A stretch of 64,000 nt of DNA. It comes from Octopus sinensis. Taxonomy: Eukaryota. Location: contig NC_043013.1 in NCBI RefSeq assembly GCF_006345805.1, positions 37,014,001 to 37,078,000 on the forward strand, given 5' to 3'. The notes beneath the pieces were generated by a model that ran no database searches, had not been told where the DNA came from, and saw nothing but the letters and a program-made list of their open reading frames with translations. Every line of letters starts with the position of its first letter. Positions within the stretch are counted from its first letter, which is position 1. Shown here piece after piece: positions 28,686 through 42,056 of the stretch. The position numbers and the translations under genes were made by a program.

Positions 28686-29784
28686 TATATGTATATATAT
28701 ATAGATATATATATAAAGTATTTAGTTCTTTATTTAGGGAAATACCTACATACCTTAATATTTATTGGAATAAATTTGCTGCCTACAAAAGGCGATATTA
28801 CTCTGCATTAGCTTTCCCAATTTGCTGGACACTGCACACATGCACAATATATAACACCGAGCACGTTACGCATAAGCACGCTCATACACAAACACAGACC
28901 CACACGTACACGTACATATTTATACTCCCCGCCACACACACATGTGCACATATGAGGGTTTATTGCTAATAAGACAGAATTGCTTAGCATCTTTGATAGA
29001 CCACTCGAACCATCCTATTAGTTTCTGGATTTTTCTAATGTGCATCTCAATATTTGCTATTCATCGCTTCGATGTCCATAAATAAAATGGTGCCTAAAAA
29101 TAGGGACAGTTTCTCATCTCTCTCTGTCCCCTCCTTCCTCAGCTTCCTGTTCGTATCTTTCTCTCTTCCCCTGAATCAGTAACGTTGAAAGAGTAACCAG
29201 AACGCGCCACATCGCCTCTCCATTCACTTCCATTCTACAGAGCGACTAAATAATCTAGACCAAATATCGAGCTTGAAATTTAGTGTAAAGGGTCTAAGAG
29301 TCGAATGAAGAAAACTAGATGAAGCGGACACATTTATTTGAGAATATTTTAGCTAATCAGTATTGCAATGATGACAGCGAAAGCTAACTCAAGATTTGAC
29401 CTATCATAGAAAGCTATTTCATTTGGCTACGTACCATTAATAATAATCATTTCAACTGCCACTGTATTATTCCATTCTATAAAAATGGACTGGCTCTCCG
29501 TCGGTTACGACGACGTGTTTTCCATTTGATCCGATCGAAATAAAGGCGCTCACATCTGCGTACTCCACAACCTTGCGTACCCTTAGTTTTGCTCTGAGGA
29601 AGATTCAGGCTGACACACCGAATGTGAAAAGGCAGAGTCTTTGGATCACACACACACGCGCGCGCGTGCACACACACACATGTGGATACCCATACAAATA
29701 CTTATATAGATACAGAAATGGAAAGATACACACATACATATATATACAAGAAAAATATGTAAAGTACTTATACAACCTGTTTAA

Positions 29785-30125
29785 TAGTTTCAAGGTTCAT
29801 ACAAGGCTGGGACCACAGGCCATACATCCCCTACCCAATTCAGGATCACAGCATATAATTTGTTTTCCTCAACAAGCGCTGCCCTGTTTAACATTGTCCC
29901 GAAAGAGATCAAAGAAGAAAAGGATCCCATCACCTTTAAACGGAGTCTGGACATATTTCTTCAAGGAATACCGGAAAAGCCACCCATACCTGGTTACAAA
30001 TCACTCAACAGGTACTCGGTACTTGAATGCACCACAAACAAAAGTTGACTTAAGCGGTATTTAGATAATCTTATCAGGTGGTGCTATTAAGTTAGACATA
30101 GCCTGGACCAATCTTTCGTCGAAAC
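29785..30125 (+). mobile_element. CR1-clade LINE 3' end
   Basis: ALFNIVPKEIKEEKDPITFKRSLDIFLQGIPEKPPIPGYKSLN parallels GPQLFNILPK...LDLFLSGIPGEP at 44057-44293. Confidence 0.75.
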
Positions 30126-30486
30126 ATATCTAAGTTTTATCTAAGTTTTTAGAACATACTCAATACATGTATTCAGTCCTATTATTTCATTCGAATCTGA
30201 TAACTCAGTCGATGCGACTCGGTGTTTCTTGCCAAATCTGATGCTTCGTAAGAAAAAGAAATCCCCCAATCAAAGCACCCTTGTATTACGAAGTATTCCC
30301 TGTGTGCGATATGATATCCCTCGGCATTTATTCATTCGTTCTGCGTTCTCGACTGATATGTTACCCATTGACTTTTGCGGTTGATAGACGCAAATCAGAA
30401 GTCTTTAGTGTTTGTGCCTGCTGCATTCTAAAGGGAAAGGAAACCTATTAGCGAATGCATGGTACAATCACACTAGCCTGTATGCT

Positions 30487-30537
<51 letters not shown>

Positions 30538-30585
30538 CACACACACACAACACACACACACGCATATATATATTAAGGACATTAC

Positions 30586-30748
30586 TACACGTAAATGCCT
30601 CACGCTATTAGGGAATCTTAAAGTCAAAGCTACCATAGTAAATATACAGTGTATCGAACGCGAAGGAATGTAAACCCTTAAAAACAGATTCAGCCGCATA
30701 TCATTAGGGACTTTAAGAGTCCGTAATAGCGTGAGGCATTTACGTGTA
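30586..30748. mobile_element. 163-bp Tc1/mariner-type MITE
   Basis: 40-bp near-perfect TIRs TACACGTAAATGCCTCACGCTATTA... at 30586-30625 and 30709-30748, TA at both ends. Confidence 0.85.
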
Positions 30749-31064
30749 TACACATAAATACGAAGTTGACTACATTGAGATAGAAGGGTCAAGAAAATTT
30801 GAAATTCAAATAGTCACTAAGTTAAAACAAGAAAGAAAAAAACACTACCAGCCATGCATTGCGTGGGATCGCACGTGAAAGGTAAGTTCTGTTGTGGAAA
30901 TCAGCTGCACACTGGACATATGTAAGTTCAACAAATATTGGTCAAACAGCTCATCAATGGCTCATTGATAAGGTTTTTGCAAATGTATCATCCAAGACAG
31001 ATGGCTCATAAAATTAGCATGGTATGGTAATTTAAATTAAATATGAATAATCTTTTCTACTATA

Positions 31065-31291
31065 TTTCTTTACTACCCACAAGGGGCTAAACACAGACGG
31101 GACAAACAAATACAGACAAACGGATTAAGTCGATTCCATCGACCCCAGTGCGTAACTGGTACTTATTTATCGACCCCGAAAGGATGAAAGGCAAAGTCGA
31201 CCTCGGCGGAATTTGAACTCAGAACGTAACGGCAGACGAAATACGGCTACGCATTTCGCCCGGCGTGCTACCGTTTCTGCCAGCTCACCGC
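31065..31291 (-). mobile_element. Full-length SINE family A
   Basis: 13-bp TSD CTTTTCTA(C/T)TATA at 31052-31064 and 31292-31304. Confidence 0.9.
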
Positions 31292-31887
31292 CTTTTCTAT
31301 TATAGTCACATGGCCTTAAATTTTGGGTGAGCAGGTTAGTCAATTATATCGATCCCCCCAGTGCTTCGCTTGCACTTATTTTATCGACGCCGTAAGAATG
31401 AAAGGCGAAGTCGACCGCAGCTTCTATTAAGCGTGTAAAGTATAGGAATGAAAGTGATTGCAAGTGTTGACGAAAAGAAAAGACCTTCAAGATTGGTACT
31501 CGTCTAATTCACTATGAAACCAAAACTTATAAATTAGGAAGACGAACAAATATGTACACATTTTAATGAACAAACTTCGCATTCCCGTTCGTAGACGCAA
31601 ATACGCACACACACAATTACACACAATTATGCATATATATAAAGAGGCAGTGGGATTTATATGTTTTTCATTCAGTTTAGATTTGCGTTTGACCGTGTGC
31701 CTTATATATCTTGGCTTACATGGATGTCAAAATTGCTTTACTCGCAATTTTCCCATTTGTATGCACTAAATACAAGGTTTATTATATTATTTTGATCGAC
31801 CTCTGAATATATGAAAGTATGTATGTATATGCATTTACATATATATTTAAAGACATGTATCTATCCCTTTATCCATCTGTCTGTCCG

Positions 31888-31925
<38 letters not shown>

Positions 31926-31949
31926 ATTATATATATATATATATATGGA

Positions 31950-32093
31950 TGGAGAGCAGAATTCACAAAAACAACAAAAAAAGGCGAAGACAGGGAAAAA
32001 GTCTTTAACGTTTCGAGCCTACGCTCTTCACAGAAAGGAAAACAGAAAGAAACAAGGAGAGGAAATAAAGAATGTGTAGTGGCTAGCGATCTG

Positions 32094-32097
<4 letters not shown>
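31950..32097 (-). mobile_element. Family P repeat with minimal HHR-like motif
   Basis: Minus strand CTTT-CTGTGAA-GAGC-GTAG-GCTC-GAAA-CGT-T-AAAG at 32003-32037. Confidence 0.6.
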
Positions 32098-32158
<61 letters not shown>

Positions 32159-32263
32159 CATATATATGCGTGTTTCTATATGTGTGTATGTATAAATATA
32201 TGTATATATACATATATATATAGATAAATGTGTGTGTATGTGCATATGTGTCCCACTAATTCG

Positions 32264-32295
<32 letters not shown>

Positions 32296-32746
32296 CATAT
32301 GTATGAGTCTTCGTTCATCTATAGTCATCAATGTACTCTTCAAGAAACATTTCCAAAACCAATGCTGGAATCATCTAAATGGAAAGTGCGTGTTATACGT
32401 TATACTTGCTCTGCGATACTTGCACGACGACTTTCTCACTTCACACATACACATGCACGCACACCACACCACATACAAATACGCACACACAACACACACT
32501 CTCCATCATACACTCACACGCAGACGCACACATTTTAGACGTGTCAGACAGCGTTCCTTCGCAACAACAGACAAGTTCTATGCAAACCCTTACAACTCGG
32601 GAGGTTTCACCCCTTTCACACTTCTTCCACTTCTCCTGTCCTTCCATAGTGCATCGGGTTTTCTTGAATATTTTATTATTCTTTATTAATTTGTATTCGT
32701 AACATACATATACACATAAATCTATGCTCACGCTACACACACACAT

Positions 32747-32838
<92 letters not shown>

Positions 32839-33084
32839 CATACATGTATACGTATATACATATATATACACATGTGTATATAAATGTGTGTGTGCATCTG
32901 GTTTTATGTTTATTCCTGTTACGTACGTGTGCTTCTGTTTGTACGTATTTCTTCCTTATTTGAAGAATCTGTTATAAACCAGATTTTAATTACTTAGAAA
33001 CTGCTTAAGGGGAAGTTAATAGCTTTGAGCTGATTAATTGTAGTGGAGTGAAATAAGCAAAGTTTAAAAAAAAGAGTGAATAGT

Positions 33085-33121
33085 AATAACAATAATATTG
33101 ATAATAATAATAATAATAATG

Positions 33122-33152
<31 letters not shown>

Positions 33153-33248
33153 TGATAATAATAATTAAAAATAATAATGATAATAATAATAATGATAATA
33201 ATAATAATGATAATAATAATAATAATAATGATAATAATGATAACAATG

Positions 33249-33304
<56 letters not shown>

Positions 33305-33341
33305 TATAATAATATTGATGATGATGATGATGATAATAATG

Positions 33342-33372
<31 letters not shown>

Positions 33373-33383
33373 TAATAATAATA

Positions 33384-33436
<53 letters not shown>

Positions 33437-33485
33437 AATGATAATGATAATAATAATAATTATAATAATAATAATAATAATAATG

Positions 33486-33556
<71 letters not shown>

Positions 33557-33560
33557 TCGT
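33085..33560. repeat. (AAT)n/(GAT)n microsatellite
   Basis: Directly visible. Confidence 0.95.
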
Positions 33561-34093
33561 GATGATGTGTGTTGTGTAGGATAGATTAAGAATTTGGTAT
33601 TAAAATAATATAGTTGGTGGTGTTCTTGGAAATGGTTAATGATGTCTTCGATCGTGTTGATGATTTCGGTGGGGAATGAGCAATTTTTTTTTTGTTTTAT
33701 AATTTATGCTTTTTTATAGGTGTGGGGAGGGGGAAGTAAATTTAAATGAAATACACTGGTGGTAGAGAGAAAGAAAGAAAAAGGGAACAAAAGATTTAAA
33801 TAAATAGAATAAAAAATATAATGAAAAAAAAATTTGGGTAAATTGATGAAAATAGCTGCTGTGGCATGATGCTTGTGTGAGTGACAAGAGAGATAGATGA
33901 GAATGATGTGGGGAGAGAGATGTATGAATAAATATACACATATAAAGTCAAACATTTGTAAATGAGTGTATGTATACACGTACACATTTAAGTATATGTA
34001 CGCATTTGTGTTTGTAGTTAAGGGCAGATAATTTACTTAGCATATATATACATAGATACAAATCTGTTTACATTCATCTATGGCATACATTTA

Positions 34094-34131
<38 letters not shown>

Positions 34132-34329
34132 CCCACGTTCAAAGTGAAGTATATAGATAACATTGTATAACACATGCGTATGTATATAAATTGTAAATGG
34201 CAAATGATACATACTGAGATACATACATACATGCACACACATACATATATACAGAAATGTACACATATATTTATAGATGTATGTAAACATAAAATGTGTT
34301 GGGTATAATACGTTGCTGTATGCATTCAT

Positions 34330-34399
<70 letters not shown>

Positions 34400-34457
34400 A
34401 ATATATGTGTGTGTATATTTATATATGTATATATCCATATCTATATCTATATCTATA

Positions 34458-34495
<38 letters not shown>

Positions 34496-35078
34496 ATATA
34501 TACACATACACAGACACACATTGATGCTATGTTAGAAAAGGTAAATTGAAAAGAAATGACAAGGGTAACCTGAAAGCCAGAGATGAAGTTAATTCACATT
34601 AGAAAGACAAAGAGTCAGAAAGAGAGAGTGTGAGAGAGAGAGGGGGGGGCGAGATTGCAATAAAGGTAAAGAGAGAATAAGTAAGAAATAAAGAAAAAAA
34701 GGACAAATGTATATTACCATATGTAACTGTATAATGGAAGAAAAACGAAAATAAATTAAAAAATTAATAAAGCAAAGCAACGTACAAACAATAAATATAT
34801 GTAAGGCAATAAAAATGGCAGATTCCTCTGACAAGATGTTGGAAAGTTTAAATGAGTTAATGTTAAAAATGTAAAAGAATATTCATAAAATAAGGTGGAA
34901 AAATAGTGCCGGTAGTGCGACATTGTTATAGAAATTATGCTTCAATGTATTTTTTTTTTTACTGAAGGAAAGAAAAGAAACATATTTTAACCAAAGTATT
35001 TGGCCTTAATGTGTGTTTTTGGATCATTAAACATTTGTCCGTGCGTAGACATCGTAACATTCATTGTTCTGCATGCGG

Positions 35079-35117
<39 letters not shown>

Positions 35118-35261
35118 TGAACGTATATATAAATGTGTATAATATATATATATAAATGTATGTGTATATATATAAATGTCCATATATATATATATATATA
35201 TCTATATAAATGTCCATATATAGGTACGCATACACACGAACGTGTATCTAGGTATCTATCG

Positions 35262-35376
<115 letters not shown>

Positions 35377-35667
35377 CATACATATATAAATATATAATAT
35401 TCATATATATATACATTCATATATGCATACATATATCTCGTTAGACAAAGGAAGAAGTTATACACATATACATACATACATATATTTGTGTGCATGTGTG
35501 TGTGTATGTATGTGCGTGCTTATTTAAATTAGTTTATTGATCTAACTATGTATATATATTTAGTTTTGTATCATCCTCCATTTAACGTCCGCTATCTGTC
35601 TGTCTATCTATCTATCTGTTTATATATCTATTTATTTACCTACCTACCTACCTACCTACCTACCTAC

Positions 35668-35743
<76 letters not shown>

Positions 35744-36401
35744 GTAATGATACATATATACATATACGTACGTACATAAAATACATGAATAAATGTATAT
35801 GTGTATGTGTATGTGCGTGTATACATAAGTACATTCATACATACGCGTACTACACGGATTATGAGTGATTTTATACACTTTTCGAATAATATGTTCAAGG
35901 AGATGAACTACATCGGTTTCTACTTTAGAAATAGTGTTTAGGTGTAAATTGCCCGAACCTTTAGACCTACATCGATTACATAACCAAACGAAGATGAAGC
36001 ACATCGATTATAGAATTGTTTTTCGAATTTTAAACATATTCAACATTTGACAAAGAAATATATATTGCTATGATGCACATTTTAAATTATGGATTGAAAT
36101 AGCGGTAGGATTTTACCAAGTTGCCCATTTTGAAAACCCAAATACGGCAATGATTCAAGAACGAAAGTGAATTTTTTCATAGGAATGTGTAATATGAAAC
36201 TCGAACAAAGGACGGTTTTACGTTATTTACTATAAATATTGTGTCTTTATATTAATAAATACGTCACGATGTGTTACCGCTACTGTATATAACTCACTTT
36301 GATATTTATCATTGTTTGATTTCACTTTTTCAATATCAGCGACAGTGGACGCTGGAAAAAGTATAAGTATTTGTGAAGGAAATCTAATTCTCGGCGACAA
36401 C

Positions 36402-36461
36402 TATGATTGTCACACGCTGACGAGAGGTCATACCTCGAAACTCGAGTCCGTGTGTATCATA
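36402..36461 (+). ncRNA. Type I hammerhead ribozyme (353-bp family, copy 1)
   Basis: CACACG-CUGACGA-GAGG-UCAUA-CCUC-GAAA-C-UCGA-GUC-CGUGUG; stem I extended by UAUGAU/AUCAUA; cleavage after 36448. Confidence 0.9.
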
Positions 36462-36752
36462 AGTTGAAGACGGAAGGATGACTTCCCTTTGCAAATACTG
36501 ACAGGACACAGATAGTGTGCCTATGGCCAGCTGGAGGAGTGTGTCCTCCTGGGGCTAAAAACTACAGTAGCATCCACCCTTAGGGGTTAGCCATATTGAA
36601 ATGGCAAAAATACGTCACGATGTGTTACCGCTACTGTATATAACTCACTTTGATATTTATCATTGTTTGATTTCACTTTTTCAATATCAGCGACAGTGGA
36701 CGCTGGAAAAAGTATAAGTATTTGTGAAGGAAATCTAATTCTCGGCGACAAC

Positions 36753-36813
36753 TATGATTGTCACACGCTGACGAGAGGTCAATACCTCGAAACTCGAGTC
36801 CGTGTGTATCATA
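36753..36813 (+). ncRNA. Type I hammerhead ribozyme (353-bp family, copy 2)
   Basis: Same fold with loop II UCAAUA; cleavage after 36800. Confidence 0.92.
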
Positions 36814-37105
36814 AGTTGAAGACGGGAAGGATGACTTCCCTTTGCAAATACTGACAGGACACAGATAGTGTGCCTATGGCCAGCTGGAGGAGTGTGTCCT
36901 CCTGGGGCTAAAAACTACAGTAGCATCCACCCTTAGGGGTTAGCCATATTGAAATGGCAAAAATACGTCACGATGTGTTACCGCTACTGTATATAACTCA
37001 CTTTGATATTTATCATTGTTTGATTTCACTTTTTCAATATCAGCGACAGTGGACGCTGGAAAAAGTATAAGTATTTGTGAAGGAAATCTAATTCTCGGCG
37101 ACAAC

Positions 37106-37166
37106 TATGATTGTCACACGCTGACGAGGGGTCAATACCTCGAAACTCGAGTCCGTGTGTATCATA
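37106..37166 (+). ncRNA. Type I hammerhead ribozyme (353-bp family, copy 3)
   Basis: Stem II GGGG/CCUC (A to G change giving a G-U wobble); cleavage after 37153. Confidence 0.9.
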
Positions 37167-37567
37167 AGTTGAAGACGGGAAGGATGACTTCCCTTTGCAA
37201 ATACTGACAGGACACAGACAGTGTGCCTATGGCCAGCTGGAGGAGTGTGTCCTCCTGGGGCTAAAAACTACAGTAGCATCCACCCTTAGGGGTTAGCCAT
37301 ATTGAAATGGCAAAAATACGTCACGATATTAATAAATACTTATATATCTACATGTTCATAGGAATGCGTAAACATTTCTCCCTCCCTCAATATAAATATA
37401 TATAGATATATATAAAATAAATATAAGAGAGTGGTCACTATATGGCTCACTCTAGCACCAGTTAATCCAAAAGGTTTCCAACCACAAAAATACTGTTTCC
37501 CATGAAAGCCAGTACGATTGTTAGCTCACACGGACAGGGCAATAAAAAATAACAAAAATACAGATTA

Positions 37568-37649
37568 TTTTGGGACAATTGTTTCGCTATTAATGAATTA
37601 AATGTAATTTTACTTACAAAAAAAATCCACTTGTAGCTCCCAGCCAAAA
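37568..37649 (-). ncRNA. Hammerhead ribozyme, 530-bp family, core-mutant copy
   Basis: Same fold as the other two copies but CUGAGGA reads CUG-GGA (1-nt deletion or sequencing error). Confidence 0.6.
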
Positions 37650-38090
37650 CTATCTGGATGAAATCACACGCCAGATTTTACCATAACGATAAATACGCGT
37701 GTGGTTCAATTGATTACATCCGACGTTATAATTCAAATGCCCCAACTAACAGCGCGCCAAACTTTCACGGAAAACAAATACAGCATTTAGAAATAAATGC
37801 AGCATATTATAATTAATTAATAAGGGTGAGAGAATTAGATACTAATTTAATAGTATATCTATTCAACACCAAGTGGCCTAGTGCTCCGAGAAACCTGGAT
37901 TATTATAATATTTTATAATATATTATAATATTTTTACAAAATAAATAAGAGAGTGGTTACTATATGGCTCACTCTAGCACCAGTTAATCCAAAAGGTTTC
38001 AACCACAAAAATACATGTTTCCCATGAAAGCCAGTACGATTGTTAGCTCACACGGACAGGGCAAATAAAAAATAACAAAAATACAGATTA

Positions 38091-38170
38091 TTTGGGACAA
38101 TTGTTTCGCTATTAATGAATTAAATGTAATTTTACTTACAAAAAAATCCACTTGTAGCTCCTCAGCCAAA
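38091..38170 (-). ncRNA. Type I hammerhead ribozyme, 530-bp family
   Basis: Minus strand UUUGG-CUGAGGA-GCUA...UAGC-GAAA-C-AAUU-GUC-CCAAA. Confidence 0.85.
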
Positions 38171-38911
38171 ACTATCTGGATGAAATCCACTCAATCACAC
38201 GCCAGATTTTACCATACGATAAATACGCGTGTGGTTCAATTGATTACATCCGACGTTATAATTCAAATGTCCCAAATAACAGCGCGCCAAACTTTCACGG
38301 AAAACAAATACAGCATTTAGAAATAAATGCAGCATAATTATAATTAATTAATAAGGGTGAGAGATTAGATACTAATTTAATAGTATATCTATTCAACACC
38401 AAGTGGCCTAGTGCTCCGAGAAACTGGATTATTATAATATTTTATAATATATTATAATTATTTTTACAAAATAAATATAAGAGAGTGGTCACTATATGGC
38501 TCACTCTAGCACCAGTTAATCCAAAAGGTTTCAAGGTTTATTTTTGTGGTTGAAACCTTTTGGATTAACTGGTGCTAGAGTGAGCCATATAGTGACCACT
38601 CTCTTATATTTATTTTGTAAATATTATAATATATTATAAAAATTATAATAATCCAGGTTTCTCGGAGCACTAGGCCACTTGGTGTTGAATAGATATACTA
38701 TTAAATTAGTATCTAATTCTCTCACCCTTATTAATTAATTATAATTATGCTGCATTTATTTCTAAATGCTGTATTTGTTTTTCGTGAAAGTTTGGCGCGC
38801 TGTTAGTTGGGGCATTTGAATTATAACGTCGGATGTAATCAATTGAACCACACGCGTATTTATCGTTATGGTAAAATCTGGCGTGTGATTGAGTGGATTT
38901 CATCCAGATAG

Positions 38912-38994
38912 TTTTGGCTGAGGAGCTACAAGTGGATTTTTTTTGTAAGTAAAATTACATTTAATTCATTAATAGCGAAACAATTGTCCCAAAA
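38912..38994 (+). ncRNA. Type I hammerhead ribozyme, 530-bp family (inverted arm)
   Basis: UUUUGG-CUGAGGA-GCUA-(AGUGGAUU/AAUUCAUU and UGUAA/UUACA helices)-UAGC-GAAA-C-AAUU-GUC-CCAAAA; cleavage after 38988. Confidence 0.88.
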
Positions 38995-39394
38995 TAATCT
39001 GTATTTTGTTATTTTTTATTTGCCCTGTCCGTGTGAGCTAACAATCGTACTGGCTTTCATGGGAAACATGTATTTTGTGGTTGAAACCTTTTGGATTAAC
39101 TGGTGCTAGAGTGAGCCATATAGTGACCACTCTCTTATATTTATTTTGTAAAAATATTATAATATATTATAAAATATTATAATAATCCAGGTTTCTCGGA
39201 GCACTAGGCCACTTGGTGTTGAATAGATATACTATTAAATTAGTATCTAATTCTCTCACCCTTATTAATTAATTATAGATATATATATATACATATACAT
39301 ACACACACACGCACACACACACACGCACACACACATACACACACACATATATATATATATATACATAATATACCTACATGTGTATATATATATG

Positions 39395-39497
<103 letters not shown>

Positions 39498-40543
39498 GGA
39501 TAGATAGATAGATAGATAGAGAGAGAGATAGATAGATAGATAGATAGACAGACATATACATGTGTGTGTGTGTTTGTGTGTGATTATATAATGAAGACTA
39601 TGAATATTGAGACGTTCTTTTGATTCTGGGCGTTGATCGTAACACATGATGACAGAATACATACATCGAAAACGTCGTGTATTACGATCAAACTTCACAT
39701 GCTGTGATTGTAATGTAAAATTCTTAATATATTTTCAAACTATATAGCATTTACTTTGAATAAAGTCGGAGATTGTTCCTTTATTATCCGTGTTCTTCTG
39801 TATAAGACAATTTACATGATTCTGAAATTTCAGTTTTAACAATGAGATATAATTAAAATGACGATAAAACTAGAAATTTTTTGCGATGGAGTTAATGAGA
39901 GGTGACAATATGAATCCTACTTTCAATATAAATAACCATTGGTTGATAGTTGGACATAAGACCTATCTAAACGGTAAAACGAGAATACTATTGCGTAATA
40001 GAAGATGGCTTGTTACTCATCGAACAAATTCTCACCAGTTTGAATGCAATGTGCTGTGGAAAGCATTTGATGAACGTCTCGAAGTGTGGACTCTTCTCTA
40101 TTTCACTGAACATTTTGAGCACATTTTGATTCAACATAATCATATTCATCCGTAAACTGTGTCAAATATATATGAAAACTGAAAAACTCCTCTACAGGCG
40201 ATAGGTTAAAACGGCACAAAGTTATAGAAAATATTATGCCTTATAGTCAAAATTAATAGACATTAAATGAAAATGTTTACGTGATACTATAAAGTAATAA
40301 AGTATGCAAAATTTTAAGTTATGCTTCGCATTGAGTTTTAACACCACGCCACCAAAGAGTAAATACTATTATGTAGAAATGATGAGAAAAACGTTTGACC
40401 TCGCTCAAGAATTCAAATTATGAAGGGGTTTTGTTACAACTTCTGTGAACCGAAAGGAGGAAAATAGCGAACTTTTCTTCTCGAAAGAAACAGGGGAATA
40501 AAAAGGATATGTTACGTATATATTACAAATCATATAATACATA

Positions 40544-40588
<45 letters not shown>

Positions 40589-41098
40589 TATATATGAGTG
40601 TATGTGTGTGGGGGTGGATGCTGACTCACATATACAGTCATATTTATGTATGTACATACGTCTATGTATCTCTCTCAACTTATCTATGTATTTATACATG
40701 TGTTCCCCTGTGTGTATATGTGTGTACGTGTGTGTGTGTTTGTGTATTTGTGTGCGTGCGTGTGACTAGGGTACTTTAAGAATTAAACAGAGCTCTCAAC
40801 CTTGTGTGTGACTATCGAACAAAACCGTGGTTAAAGCTAGAATGTAACCCACCGACTTTCTGAATATCCCTGAGTCCCAGGGACGGCTAGTATGTATAAA
40901 AATTGATCATTATAAGAAATTTGGTTCGTAACAATTTGGCCGAATGTTTCATAGTATCTAAACTTTGATCATTTCCTTAATTTTCCTCAATATTTCTATT
41001 CTATTTAATCGATTATATATTTACTCATTAATTTATTTCTCAAACTATCTATTTTTTATCATATGGTTTATTCATTTAGCTAGGTTTATATATTGCAG

Positions 41099-41118
41099 GA
41101 TGGCTAGCCAATTCCTCG
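41099..41118 (+). CDS. Candidate 20-nt micro-exon containing a start codon (MASQFL-)
   Basis: TATTGCAG|GATGGCTAGCCAATTCCTCG|GTAAGT: canonical acceptor and perfect donor. No partner exons identified. Confidence 0.3.
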
Positions 41119-41648
41119 GTAAGTAAACTTTTATCCTAGATTTATTTTTCGAGATATTTATAGCAGAGTCCGATGTTTTAACGTGCCGTGTTATGTTCTA
41201 ATGTGTAGTCTGTTCGTTATGTTACAGCATTCTACTTATGTGTGTGTATATATATTTATAGGCATATATATTTATATATGTAAGACGGATAATGTAGCAT
41301 CACTTATGTAACTAAGCTGCTGTGGCCACATGGAAAATAGCAACTATTCTCTCATTTTCTAATCTCATCACATCCTTATGGAAGAGAAATTTCACGTCAT
41401 CATACAATTCTTTCGTTAATAGAAATATAATGATCTTCAAGACCCCTTGGTAGAATAGAGAGTTGAATATGATTATAAGGAAACCTTTGGTTTTAAACAT
41501 TTCATTTGTCGTGATTACATCAATATACTGGACTTCAATCCATTGGCGTTCATTTATTTCTCAAGCCAGACTTGTTTGCGATCCAGCGTCATATTCACGC
41601 ATTGAATGAGTGCCAAAGAAAACGTTATAACAGATTCAGGTGTTAGAC

Positions 41649-42056
41649 TCTCTTTACTCTTTACTCTGTATTTGTTTCAGTCATTTGACTGCGGCCATGC
41701 TGGAGCACGGCCTTTAGTCGAGCAAATCGACCCCAGAGCTTATTCTTTGTAAGCCTAGTACTTATTCTATCGGTCTCTTTTGCCGAACCGCTAAGTTACG
41801 AGGATGTGAACACACCAGCATCGGTTGTCAAGCGATGCTTTTGGGACAAACGCAGACAAACATATACACACACATACACATATATACATATACGACGGGC
41901 TTCTTCCAGTTTCCGTCTACCATATCGACTCACAAGTCTTTGGTCGGCCCGAGGCTATAGTAGAAGTCACTTGCCCAAGGTGCCACGCAGCGAGGCTGAA
42001 CCCGGGACCATGTGGTTGGTAAGCAAGCTACTTACCACACAGCCACTCCTACACCT
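41649..42056 (-). mobile_element. Full-length SINE family B
   Basis: Head to (GAGTAAAA)n-type tail, reverse strand. Confidence 0.9.

Larger units (their letters stand above)
36263..37325 (+). mobile_element. Retrozyme-like tandem array: three 353-bp units, one hammerhead ribozyme each
   Basis: ACGTCACGAT recurs at 36261, 36612, 36965 and 37318. Near-identical units. 14-bp flanking direct repeat ATATTAATAAATAC at 36249-36262 and 37326-37339. Confidence 0.9.
37415..39273. mobile_element. Retrozyme-like ~530-bp unit array with internal inversion (~2.1 units, then ~1.4 inverted units)
   Basis: GAGAGTGG at 37427, 37949 and 38481. Inversion junction at 38534/38539 with GGTT filler; inverted period 531. 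Flanking TATAGATATATATA at 37401-37414 and 39274-39287. Confidence 0.85.

Noticed and set aside
35732-36004. ORF RCRSKGSGNLHLNTISKVETDVVHLLEHII next to the 353-bp array
   Set aside because: No recognisable motif or splice support
36663-38190. Repeated ORFs within the arrays (MFDFTFSIS..., ...FFVSKITFNSL...)
   Set aside because: Short, disrupted by indels between copies; by-products of the tandem units
36263-39273. CRISPR-like or simple satellite interpretation of the arrays
   Set aside because: No unique spacers and a eukaryotic context; ribozyme cores and TSDs explain them better
39886-40155. ORF with FECNVLWKAF resembling a C2H2 finger
   Set aside because: Second Cys and the His pair are missing; similarity too weak
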